A stretch of 64,000 nt of DNA from Anaeromyxobacteraceae bacterium (GCA_047602405.1 JASGHJ010000001.1:1504001-1568000); one strand, 5' to 3'. Shown: positions 29,477 to 39,891, counted from the stretch's first letter. Notes: a model not told the origin generated them from the sequence alone. A program made the numbers and translations.

Positions 29477-32141
29477 GTGAGGAAGGACCTCGCCGCGCTG
29501 CTGGCGGAGGAGGGGACCCTGCCGGCGGAGGTGCTGGAGCGCGCGGTCCTGCGCCAGCGCGACGTCGGCGGCGCCCTCGACACCGCGCTCCTGGAGCTCG
29601 GGGCCCTCGACGAGGAGCGCCTCGTCGGGCTCCTGTCGCGCGCGTCCGGGCTGCCGGCCGCGCCCCCCGAGGCGTGGGCCGAGACCGACGCGCGCGCGCG
29701 CCGGGTCTTCCCGTCGCGGGTCGCCGAGCGCCACGGGCTCGCGCCGTTCCGGCTCGACGGCCGCGAGCTCCGGCTCGCCGCCACGCACCCGGTCGACCTC
29801 GCCATCCTCGACGAGCTCAGCTTCATGCTGTCGCTCCACCTCACCGCCCACGTCGGGCCCGAGTGGCGGGTGCGCCAGCTCATCCACCGGCTCTACGGCG
29901 GCGCGCTGCCGCCGCGCTTCGCCGCGCTCGCGAACGGCGGGCCGCCGGTGCCGCCGCTCCCCGCGCCGGCCGTGACGCCCGGGTCGCGGCAGGCCGGCTC
30001 GCGACAGGCGCAGCAGGCCGTCGCGGCGCCCGCCGAGCTCCTCGAGGGCCTCGACATCGAGGACGTGCTCGTCCCCGGACCCGAGGGTGACGCCGACGCC
30101 GCGCCCGGAGCAGGCCCTGAAGCAGGGCCCGCGGCCGGTGCGGACGCGGCCGAGGCGTTTCCCGGTGCCGCGGACCCGGGCGACGGCTTCGGTGCGCCCG
30201 AGCCCGCGGCGCTCACCGACGCGCGGAGCCACGAGCCGCCGCCGCTCCCGGCCGTCTTCGAGGACGGCGAGGAGGATCCCCTCGCCGCCGCGCTCGAGCA
30301 GGCGGTCGAGGCGGTCGAGCTCGGGTTCCTGGACGAGGTCGAGGTCGACGAGCAAACCGCCGACGAGGGGCACGCCGCGGCGGAGGAGCACGCCTCCCGC
30401 GCCTCGGAGCCGGAGCCCGCGCCGGAGGAGCTCGACCGGAGCGCGCCGCCGCGCTGGTCGCTCGGCGAGGCGCGCGCCGCGCTCGACGCCGCCCGCCACC
30501 GCGACGGGGTGGTGCTCGCGGCGCTCCGCTACACCCGCGACTTCTTCCAGTTCGCCGCGCTCTTCGCGGTGGCGCGGGACGCCTTCGCCGGGCACGACGC
30601 GCTCGGCGAGGAGGAGGGCGCGCGCGAGAATCGTCCGCACCGTCGCGCTGTATGCGAGCGAGCCCGGCGTCCTGCGCACCGTGATGGAGACCGGTGGGCC
30701 GTACCTCGGCCCGGTCACCCGCGAGCCCGGCACCGACGCCGTGCTGCGGGGGCTCGCCCGGCCGATGCCGCGCACCGTGTTCGTGTTCCCGGTGCTCGTC
30801 CGCGGCCGGATCGTCTGCCTCGTGTACGCCGACAACGGCGAGGCGCCGGTCTCGGCGCGCCGCCTGGGCGACCTTCTCACGATGCTGTCGGGCGTCGGCG
30901 GCGCCTTCGAGCGCGTGCTGCTCGCGCAGAAGAAGCGCGGCGCGGCGGAGGAGCCCGAGCAGCCCGAGACCTGGCGCACGCGCGAGCCCGCGAGGCTGCC
31001 GCAGCCGGACCCGGCCATCCTGGGCGGGGCCGAGGAAGTCCTGGCCGTCGCGACGCCCGAGGCAACGCCGGAGCCTGCCCCCGAGCCCATCCCCGAGCCC
31101 GCCGCGGCCCCGGCGTGGGAGGAGCCACCCACGGGCGAGATGCCGCTCGCCGCGCAGGAGCCCGCCGAGCCGCCGCTCGAGCTCGAGCCGGCGGCGCCCC
31201 TCGCCGGCGCCGATCCGGAGGCCGCCAGCTTCGCCGACGTCGCCGGTGACGCAGCCGCGGAGGCTGCAGCCGCTGCCGAGGCCGCCGCCGCCGCGGAGGC
31301 TGCCGCTGCCGCCGAGGCCGCCGCCGAGGCCGCCCAGCTCGAGCGCGCCACCGCCGAGGCGCTCGCCGCGGTCGAGGCTGCGCGGGCGCCGGAGGGACTC
31401 CCGCCGCGCCCGCGGCCCGCCGAGCCGCCCGTCCGCCCGCAGCCCACGACGCTCGTCGGCGTGCCCGCGGCGGTGGCTCCGGCCGCCGCGGCTCCCGTGC
31501 CCGTCGCGCCTCCCGCCCCGGAGCCCTCCGGCTCCCCCGACGTCGAGGTCACCTTCGTCGAGGCGCCGGACACCACCGACGAGGTCGCGCTTCCGCCGCC
31601 GGAGGAGACGCTCGGCTCGCTCGCCGACAAGGCGTTCTCGACCGACCCCGCCGTCGCGTCCGCCGCGGTCGCCCACCTGGCCGCGCGCCGCCACGAGCGC
31701 GGACTGCGGGACGCCACCGACCGGCTCCGCCGCGGGCTCCTCTCCGGGCTGTCGCTCCGCACCGCCTCCGCCGCGCGCGCGCTCGCGGCGCTCCGGGACG
31801 TCGAGGCCGTGCCGCTCATGGTGCAGGTGCTCGAGAATGCCGACCCGCAGGCCGCCGACGCCGTCGCGGCCGCGCTCCGGGCCATCACGATGCAGCCGCT
31901 CGGGAAGGATCCGATGCGCTGGCTGCTGTGGTGGAAGGAGAACCGCGGGCGGGGCCGTGCGGAGTGGCTCTTCGGCGCCCTCACGCACCCGCTTAAGGAG
32001 ATCCGGCTCGCCGCGTACGCGGAGCTGTCGGAGACCGCGCCGCCGCCGAGCGGGTACGACGCGGACTGGGACCTGCCGCGCCTGCAGCAGGCGACCGCGG
32101 ACTGGGCGGCGTGGTGGGCGAGGTCGGGCCTCGTGATCTAA
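29477..32141 (+). CDS. GspE/PilB N-terminal (MshEN-like) domain + HEAT-repeat protein (FrgA-like), +1 frameshift at ~30629
   Basis: N-terminal LDTALLELG / VAERHGLAPF domain; removing one A from GAGAATC joins two ORF frames (ARE-IVRTVALY); C-terminal HEAT-like repeats with WWKENRG. Start could be TTG 29441. Confidence 0.6.
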
Positions 32142-34075
32142 GAGCTGTCCCATAATTCGCCAAGCGGCGAGTGGGGCAGTCCGGTTCGCCATCGGGCCCG
32201 CTCGGACGTGGACTCTCGTGAGAGAGGCTCATCCCGGGTAGGGCCCGTGGCCGTTCCGGCGGTTCGCCGAGCCACCGGCGAAGAGGCCGGTGTGGACGTC
32301 CGCCACGCGGGGCAACTGGCCTCGCGGACGAAGAGGTCGTTTGACTCGGACCGGGTGTCTTGCCACCCGAGCGGCAGGTAGGGAGTGAGGAGGCGCTGGA
32401 GGTCGGGGCGGGACTCGCGCGCGGCGGCGTAGTCGACGCGCGCCGAAGCGGGTTCGCCGGGGAGGTCGAGCACGACGAAGCTCGCGAGCACCGCGGAGAC
32501 GGCGTCGCGGTCACCTTCGAGGCCGCAGCGCGGACAGCGGTGGACCCGGACGGCGAGGGTCTTCGGTACGCGGGCGCCACAGGGGCAGCGCTGGGAGAGC
32601 GTGGTCGTGCGGGTGGGGATCCGGACCACGCCTCCTCTGGCCTTGGCGACGGCTGCGACGGCCCGGGCCTCGCGGTCGATGGCCGAGACGAGCAGGCCCG
32701 GCGTGAAAGCGGCGACGCCGCGGCCCCAGTGTCGCGCCCAGGCGGAGATGGGGCCTTCCTCGACGAAGACCTTGTAGCCGTGCGTGCGGACGACCTCCGC
32801 GGCCACCCGCCGGGCACCGTCGCGCCGAGCCTGTGCAGCAGCGGCGGCGTCAGCGACCTCTTCCGCCCGGAGCCTCCGGTGACGACGGGTGAGCCGGTCG
32901 CCGCGGTAGGCCTGGAGCGGAGCGCCATCGGACCTCGCGACCCTCGGCCCCTGGGGGATGACCTCCACGGGCGGGAGGCCCGCGGCGGCGCGCCGACGGG
33001 CGCGCTTCTCCTGCCGCTTGGACAGCCGGTACTGCTCGCTGTTGGCGACCCGGCGGGAGCGCTCCAGGGCTCGCTGCCTGCGACGCTCGCGGCGTCCCCG
33101 GCCACGGTCCCGCTCCTTCGTGGCCGCGTCGCGCTCGATCCGCGTGAGCCGAAGATCGCCTCCCGCCACCTGGGAGGCGACGGTCAGGTTCGACACGTTG
33201 ACATCCACTCCAGCCACGCGGCCGGGCTCGGCGAGGGCGACCTCCGCGCGGCGCGCCCTCGTCGCAGGGGAGACGTAGGGCTCCTTCAGCACCATCAGGT
33301 GGGCTTCGTAGCGCCAGCCGCCAGGTACGTGTGGCGCTCGGGTGCGGACGACATCGACCTTGTGCCAGAGGCTCGGGTCGGCGAGGTGGTAGTCGAGGAT
33401 GGGTTGGTTGCAGGGAGCCGTGGGGAGTCGAACCGGAAGCACCAGCGTGCCGTCGGCGAGCCCGCTGAACACGAGCACCAGCGGACCCTGGTAGGCCCAC
33501 CAGTCGACGCGCCCGCTCGGAGCCGACGCGACCTCACGACGACCGACGAGCGAGCCGTGGAGCCGGAAGGTCTCCCACTTCCGATCCTTCGTATGCGAGC
33601 GCGCGCGACCGGGCAGCCTCCTGAAGTCGAACCACCGCCCGACGTGGAGCAGCCCCTGGCGTTTCCCGGTCGCGTCCGGAAACAGGTGCCGCTCCACCGC
33701 CGACCAGACCGAATCGGCGAGGTGCATCGCGAGCGCCTTCGTGACGAAACGCCGGAGGTAAGGCGCCGCGTCGAGGCAGGCGTAGGCGGCGTGTTCGAGC
33801 GCGTCGCGGCTGAGGCCGAGCCGGTCGCGCGTGCCCGCGCCATCCCGGGCCCGTTCGTGCCTCGCCGCCCAGTAGGCCCGCGCACGGTTGCGGGCCGCCC
33901 GCTGCAACGCCCGCCGCACCCGGTACGCGTCGGCGAACATCCTCTCGAGCCGCCTGCGCTGCAGGGGATCGTGGACGTCGAGCGCGAGCCGCAGGACCGA
34001 CACGCCGTCCTCCGGGCGGCGCGCCCAGGGCTCCTGGCGGTTCGGACCGCGGGTCCGCTTGGCCTCGACTTCCAC
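32138..34075 (-). CDS. tnpB: Large TnpB/Cas12-like RuvC nuclease (645 aa)
   Basis: RuvC-I VAGVDVN, Arg-rich bridge helix, RuvC-II VFVEEG, zinc finger SQRCPCG...HRCPRCG, RuvC-III DRDAVSA. Confidence 0.82.
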   Translation of the reverse strand: MEVEAKRTRGPNRQEPWARRPEDGVSVLRLALDVHDPLQRRRLERMFADAYRVRRALQRAARNRARAYWAARHERARDGAGTRDRLGLSRDALEHAAYACLDAAPYLRRFVTKALAMHLADSVWSAVERHLFPDATGKRQGLLHVGRWFDFRRLPGRARSHTKDRKWETFRLHGSLVGRREVASAPSGRVDWWAYQGPLVLVFSGLADGTLVLPVRLPTAPCNQPILDYHLADPSLWHKVDVVRTRAPHVPGGWRYEAHLMVLKEPYVSPATRARRAEVALAEPGRVAGVDVNVSNLTVASQVAGGDLRLTRIERDAATKERDRGRGRRERRRQRALERSRRVANSEQYRLSKRQEKRARRRAAAGLPPVEVIPQGPRVARSDGAPLQAYRGDRLTRRHRRLRAEEVADAAAAAQARRDGARRVAAEVVRTHGYKVFVEEGPISAWARHWGRGVAAFTPGLLVSAIDREARAVAAVAKARGGVVRIPTRTTTLSQRCPCGARVPKTLAVRVHRCPRCGLEGDRDAVSAVLASFVVLDLPGEPASARVDYAAARESRPDLQRLLTPYLPLGWQDTRSESNDLFVREASCPAWRTSTPASSPVARRTAGTATGPTRDEPLSRESTSERARWRTGLPHSPLGELWDSS

Positions 34076-34338
34076 ATCTTCACGCTACGCCAACCCCCTG
34101 ACAGGGCGTTCAGGTCCGGCCCTCGCGTGAACCGGGGCAACGCCCGAGATTTCACGATCCAGTAACCACGCATCCCCTGCCGACCCGCCGACTGCTCGTC
34201 CTCGCGGCCCTCTCCGGGCGCGACCTCGCTCGCTTCCGGCGCATGCTTCCCTCATCGCCGACGCGGCCGCCACCTCGCGGACACCGTGCCGCTGTCTCCG
34301 TCCCTCACAAGCTCAAGCGGGACTTATGGGACAGCTCT
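32141..34338 (-). mobile_element. Non-autonomous TIR-bounded element carrying a tnpB-like gene
   Basis: Perfect 15-bp TIR AGAGCTGTCCCATAA (32141-32155) / TTATGGGACAGCTCT (34324-34338); TA on both flanks reconstructing a CTAG empty site; no transposase inside. Confidence 0.8.
34082..34103 (-). promoter_or_regulatory. TGTCAG-N10-TA-N3-T promoter motif (PafBC/RecA-NDp-like)
   Basis: Minus strand TGTCAG GGGGTTGGCG TAGCGT, ending 6 nt before the tnpB GTG. Confidence 0.55.
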
Positions 34339-35221
34339 TAGGCGTGGGGGCCTTCCTTCGCCGCGGCGACCTCCCGCCAGCCGAGGATCCAGGTCAGCCT
34401 GTCCGGCGCGGAGCCGTAGACCCAGCCCCTCGTCTCCGCCGCCGCTAGGCGGCGGCTACGCTCGGGGCGTACGGACCCAGGGAATCCATCTCCGACCATC
34501 CCGAGCGTAGGCCCGCGGCAGCGGGCCGGAGTCGAGGGACGCCGACGCGTGAGCAGCCGGCCACCGTGCACTCGCCGCCGTCACGCACCATGATCGGGTG
34601 CGCGTTCTTCAGCTTCTCGTGCACGATCGGCGTCCAGACCTTCAGGCAGTGCCGCGCGATGGCCTCGATCGCGTCCGGGAGCGGGATCCACTGCCCCGCC
34701 GCCTTCCGGGCGGCCTGGACGGCCTCCGCGAGGAGGCCGTCGATCTCCTCGGTGACGAAGACGTCGAGGTAGTCCCTGTTCCACATCTGGCTGTGGAGCT
34801 CCGCCATCGTCTCCCGCTGGAGCGTGATGCAGGTCTTCCCGGCGGCCTCCTCGATCTTCGCGGCGACGTCCTCCGCCGTGGCGAGCTTCGAGACCAGCCG
34901 CGCCTGCTCGTAGGAGAGCTTCCCGGAGCGCATCGCCTCGCGGAGCTGCGGGAGCTCCTGGCACTTCTGCTCGAAGCGCACGAGCCGGCGCACGAAGGCG
35001 GCCTTGAGGCCCAGCTTCTCGCGCGCGAAGTCGGTGATCTGCGAGTAGCCGAGCTCGAGCTCGCCGGAGACGTCCATGAGCTCGCCGAGCTTCTGGCCGA
35101 TCGCGAGGTCGAGCGCGCCGCGATCGCGGGCGACGCGCACGGCGAGGGCGTCGAGCGCGACGAAGCCGCCGACGGGCGGGGTTTCGGAGCCGACCTCCGG
35201 ACTGGCGGAGCTCTCGACCAT
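34338..35221 (-). pseudogene. HNH endonuclease (DUF222-like N-terminus) disrupted by a REP-like doublet
   Basis: ELGYSQITDFAREKLG, LPQLREAMRSGKLSYEQARLV, RDGGECTVAGCSR; the repeat follows, and the tail WVYGSAPDRLTW resumes in another frame. No HH...N...HH core. Confidence 0.7.
34427..34540. repeat. REP/REPIN-like inverted doublet
   Basis: Two inverted units CCCTCGWCTCC-hairpin-CTACGCTCGGG; same family as 49940-50066. Confidence 0.8.
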
Positions 35222-35316
35222 GCTGCACGGGTGTACAGCGCGGGTCTGACATTTTCGTTGGGGCGCAGCGACAACCCCATCTGGGACCCCGCCCGGCACT
35301 CACGGGCGCCGCCGGC

Positions 35317-35402
35317 TCACCCTCGCGCAGGCCCCTGCAGCCTGAGCACGTTCCCATCGAGGTCGGCGACGTACAGCTCCCGGACGCCCCAGGTCTGGTC
35401 CG
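35317..35402 (-). pseudogene. C-terminal fragment of a VOC/glyoxalase-bleomycin resistance protein
   Basis: PDQTWGVRELYVADLDGNVLRL motif with no recognisable N-terminal half. Confidence 0.55.
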
Positions 35403-35447
35403 GCCGCGGTCCGCCGCCACCCGCCGCCACCCATCCGGCGACCGCCC

Positions 35448-35463
35448 CGGCACGCTGGCTGCA
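35448..35463 (+). promoter_or_regulatory. Putative sigma54 promoter
   Basis: CGGCACGCTGGCTGCA, GG-N10-GC with GGCACG core. Confidence 0.45.
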
Positions 35464-35476
35464 CTTCGATGGCCCC

Positions 35477-35686
35477 ATGCTCGCACTCGCCGCCGACTCG
35501 CTCGCCATGCTCGGGGTCATCGCCGCCATCGCCGCGTCGTGGGCCGGCGCCATCGCGCTCGTCGCGCTCGCATATGCCTCCGCCACGACGGGCCTTCGCG
35601 TCGCGGTCGCGCGCGTGCGCCGGCCGCGGCTCGCGCGCGAGGCCGCTGCGTGGACCGCCGCGCCGGGCCTCGCCGCGGCGAAGTGA
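35477..35686 (+). CDS. Small hydrophobic (membrane) protein, 69 aa
   Basis: MLALAADSLAMLGVIAAIAASWAGAIALVALAY...; high GC3; directly after the sigma54-like motif. Confidence 0.5.
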   Translation: MLALAADSLAMLGVIAAIAASWAGAIALVALAYASATTGLRVAVARVRRPRLAREAAAWTAAPGLAAAK

Positions 35687-35773
35687 CACGACCCCGCGGG
35701 GCTCGCGGCTGAACGGAAACCGGGCGCGCCGGTGCCGCCGGATCGGGCAGCGGCCTGCTCGTGGACGGGGGCG

Positions 35774-35824
35774 CCCCTCGTCTCCGCCGTGGCCCGAGGC
35801 CACGGCCACGCTCGGGACGAACGG
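35774..35824 (+). repeat. Single REP-like unit
   Basis: CCCCTCGTCTCCG-hairpin-CCACGCTCGGGACGAACGG. Confidence 0.7.
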
Positions 35825-35871
35825 GGAACGGCTACTTCTTCGGCACCGGCTCGTCGGTCGAGCGCGCCGCG

Positions 35872-36219
35872 CTACTTCGGAACGGGCTTCTCCGCCGCCG
35901 CCGGCGCCGGCAGCGTCGACTCCGGGTAGTTCACGGTCACGTCGAGCCACGTGAGCCCGTCCGTGCCCGCGCCGCCCGGCGCGAGGAACACCTTGTAGCG
36001 CCGGACCACGCCGCAGACGTCGAGGTCCTGCGTCGTGCCCCACGCGTCGGAGCGCAGCACGCGCACGCTCTGGACCGGGCAGCCGTGCTCGAACGCAGCC
36101 TGGTTCACGAGGATGGCCTGCGCGTGGCGGAAGTCGTGCCCGGCCATCGGCAGGTGGACGCAGGCGGCGCCGCCGAGGACGACGGCGGCGAGGAGGGCGA
36201 GGCGGAGCGGGGTGCGCAT
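35872..36219 (-). CDS. Hypothetical lipoprotein
   Basis: GGAGG RBS, signal peptide ending GAAC, AAFEHGCP...LDVCG Cys pair. Confidence 0.7.
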   Translation of the reverse strand: MRTPLRLALLAAVVLGGAACVHLPMAGHDFRHAQAILVNQAAFEHGCPVQSVRVLRSDAWGTTQDLDVCGVVRRYKVFLAPGGAGTDGLTWLDVTVNYPESTLPAPAAAEKPVPK

Positions 36220-36242
36220 GGTGACCTCCGGGGCCTTCGATT

Positions 36243-37145
36243 CTACCTCGCGAGGAGCGGCGCGAGGTCGTTCCTCGTCGCGAGCGAGCGCCACTTCTGC
36301 CGCATGGTGCACGCCCAGCGCGCGGCAAGCTGTCCCCACCGCACCGCCTCCTCGGGTGCCTTTCCGAGGAGCGCGTGCGCCGTGAGGAACCCCGCCGCGA
36401 GGCAGTCGCCCGCGCCGTTCGTGTCCACGACCGGCCGGCCGGGCAGGTCCTCCGGCGGGAACGTCCGGAACCGCCCGCCGTGGAGCAGCCCCGCGCCGCG
36501 CGCGCCCATCCCCACCACGATCGTGGCCCGCGGGTTCCGCGCGCGCAGCGCCTCCGCGAGCGCGGCGGGCTCGAGGTTCACCGCCGAGCAGAACAGGAAC
36601 TCCGCCGCCGCGATGAAGTCGGCGCGGTACGGATCGTCCACGCCCGACATGTCCTGGAGGTCCACCGACACGCGCACGCCGAGGTCACGGGCGATGGGCA
36701 GGAGCCGCCGCGCCCAGTTCGGCAGGTGGACGTGCGCGAGCTTCGCGCCCGCGAGGAACGCCCGGCACGCGGCGAGGTCCGGCGCGAGCGTCATGTGCGA
36801 CTTCCCGTCGTAGAAGTTCTTCCGGGTCCCGTCGCGCGCCATCAGGTTCACGCTGCGTGACGTGCCCGCGGGGTCCGTGAACAGCAGCCGGTCGACGCCG
36901 CCCGCGGCGAGCTCCTCGGCGATCCACCGGCCGAGCGGGTCGTCGCCCACGTGGCCGATGAAGCCGGTCCGCGATCCCAGCGCCGCGAGCGCGAGCGACG
37001 AGTACCCGCCGGCCTGCCCGATGGTGTCGAGGTCCTCGGTGAACGTGGACTCGAGCGCGCCGGTGAACCGGTCCGTGGGCAGGTAGACGTTCGTGTCGAC
37101 GCCGACGTTGCCGATCACCACGACTTCACGGAGGGAAGCAGCCAT
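36243..37145 (-). CDS. PfkB family carbohydrate kinase
   Basis: IGHVGDDPLG and VVDTNGAGDCLAAGF signatures. Confidence 0.9.
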   Translation of the reverse strand: MAASLREVVVIGNVGVDTNVYLPTDRFTGALESTFTEDLDTIGQAGGYSSLALAALGSRTGFIGHVGDDPLGRWIAEELAAGGVDRLLFTDPAGTSRSVNLMARDGTRKNFYDGKSHMTLAPDLAACRAFLAGAKLAHVHLPNWARRLLPIARDLGVRVSVDLQDMSGVDDPYRADFIAAAEFLFCSAVNLEPAALAEALRARNPRATIVVGMGARGAGLLHGGRFRTFPPEDLPGRPVVDTNGAGDCLAAGFLTAHALLGKAPEEAVRWGQLAARWACTMRQKWRSLATRNDLAPLLAR

Positions 37146-37274
37146 CCGCACCCAGGTTAGCCGGGGTCCGCGCGGCGCGTCACGCGTGTCCGGCACCATT
37201 CCCTTGCCACCCCGGAAGGGCCGTCAGTATGCTCGCGGCCCCCGAGTCTCACTCCACCCCGCCCAGAGGCCGCC

Positions 37275-38838
<1,564 letters not shown>

Positions 38839-38846
38839 GCGCGCGC

Positions 38847-38866
38847 CCTACGCTCGGGACGAACGG
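38847..38866 (+). repeat. Partial REP-like unit
   Basis: CCTACGCTCGGGACGAACGG just after the pccB stop. Confidence 0.65.
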
Positions 38867-38895
38867 GGGTTGTTCCCACCCGTGAGCGAACGGAC

Positions 38896-39522
38896 TCAGT
38901 GAACGAACGGCGCCGGCGCCTCCGCCCCCGTCCCCACCTCGGCGATCGGCCCGAGCGCGGCGCGGTCCACGCGCTCCTTGCCGGTGATCGCGCGGCCCGC
39001 GCGGCGGAGCAGCCACGCGAGACCCCTGCCCGCGTCGCGCGCGAGCCGGCCCGGGGCCTCCCTCGAGAAGAGCCCGGGGTTCTGCGCGGGCGGCCCGCCG
39101 AGCACCTTCACGCCGGCGCCGTGCGCGTAGACGATGTCGCCGCCGAGGTACGCGGTGTAGACCGAGGCCGCGGTCGCCACGATCGCGGAGGCCGCCGAGG
39201 TCGCGCTCGCCCGGTGGGCGCTCCGCCAGGCGGCGACGCCGAACGCCGCGGCGACGAGGCCGAAGTTCCCGATCCCGTGCAGGAAGAGCTTGTCGCGCGC
39301 CTGGGGGCTCTCGAGCTCGATCTCCTGGGAGGCGGCCATGCCGGTGAGGCCCACGAGGAGCGCGCTCCCGGCCGTCGTCCACCAGAGCCGCCGGCCGAAG
39401 CGGTCGAGCCGCCGGTCCCGTGGGCGCACCGCGGCGAGCACCTCCACCCCCGCCGCGAAGGGCAGGAGCGCGAGCGGGGCGTGGACGATCGCCGGGTGCA
39501 GCTCGTGGGTGCGGAGCGTCAT
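38896..39522 (-). CDS. DUF2231-like membrane protein
   Basis: LHPAIVHAP, HGIGN, YLGGDIVYAHG motifs; several TM helices. Confidence 0.75.
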   Translation of the reverse strand: MTLRTHELHPAIVHAPLALLPFAAGVEVLAAVRPRDRRLDRFGRRLWWTTAGSALLVGLTGMAASQEIELESPQARDKLFLHGIGNFGLVAAAFGVAAWRSAHRASATSAASAIVATAASVYTAYLGGDIVYAHGAGVKVLGGPPAQNPGLFSREAPGRLARDAGRGLAWLLRRAGRAITGKERVDRAALGPIAEVGTGAEAPAPFVH

Positions 39523-39589
39523 GCGTGAAACGTGGGGTTGACCCGGGCGGCGCCGCAACGGGCGCGCACGCGCCTGCTAGGATGCCCGG

Positions 39590-39790
39590 GTGGCGAAGAA
39601 GGACGACCTCACGCCGCTCTCGAGCACCGGCCGGAAGTACCTCGACGGCACGGCGCGGACACGCCTCCAGTCGCCCGGCATCGAGCACTACCCTTCGCGG
39701 GGCGGGGGCAGGGCGCGGACGATCGGCATCGCGCTCGCGCTCGCGGCCGCGCTCGTGGGGTTCATGCTGTGGGGGATGCAGGGGCGCTGA
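39590..39790 (+). CDS. Small hypothetical protein with C-terminal TM helix
   Basis: 66-aa ORF with coding-like codon usage and one hydrophobic helix. Confidence 0.55.
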   Translation: MAKKDDLTPLSSTGRKYLDGTARTRLQSPGIEHYPSRGGGRARTIGIALALAAALVGFMLWGMQGR

Positions 39791-39832
39791 CGTCTTTCGA
39801 CGGGCTCGGGACGCGCGGAGCCGCCGGACGAA

Positions 39833-39864
39833 CGAAAGCCCGGCCGCACGCTGGCCGGGCTCTC
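39833..39864 (-). terminator. Probable terminator of the cold-shock gene
   Basis: AGCCCGGCC / GGCCGGGCT stem, followed by TTTCGTT on the minus strand. Confidence 0.6.
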
Positions 39865-39891
39865 GCGCAAGCTACAGGGGGGAACTGCCGT

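Noticed and set aside
32138..34341. 3-bp TAA/TTA target duplication or 18-bp TIR as alternative element boundaries
   Set aside because: TAA and TTA are not direct repeats; the extra symmetry comes from the palindromic CTAG target, so a 15-bp TIR plus TA duplication is the most consistent reading.
31900..35400. CRISPR array next to the Cas12/TnpB-like gene
   Set aside because: No regularly spaced direct repeats with unique spacers on either side; the nearby repeats are inverted REP-like units and TIRs.
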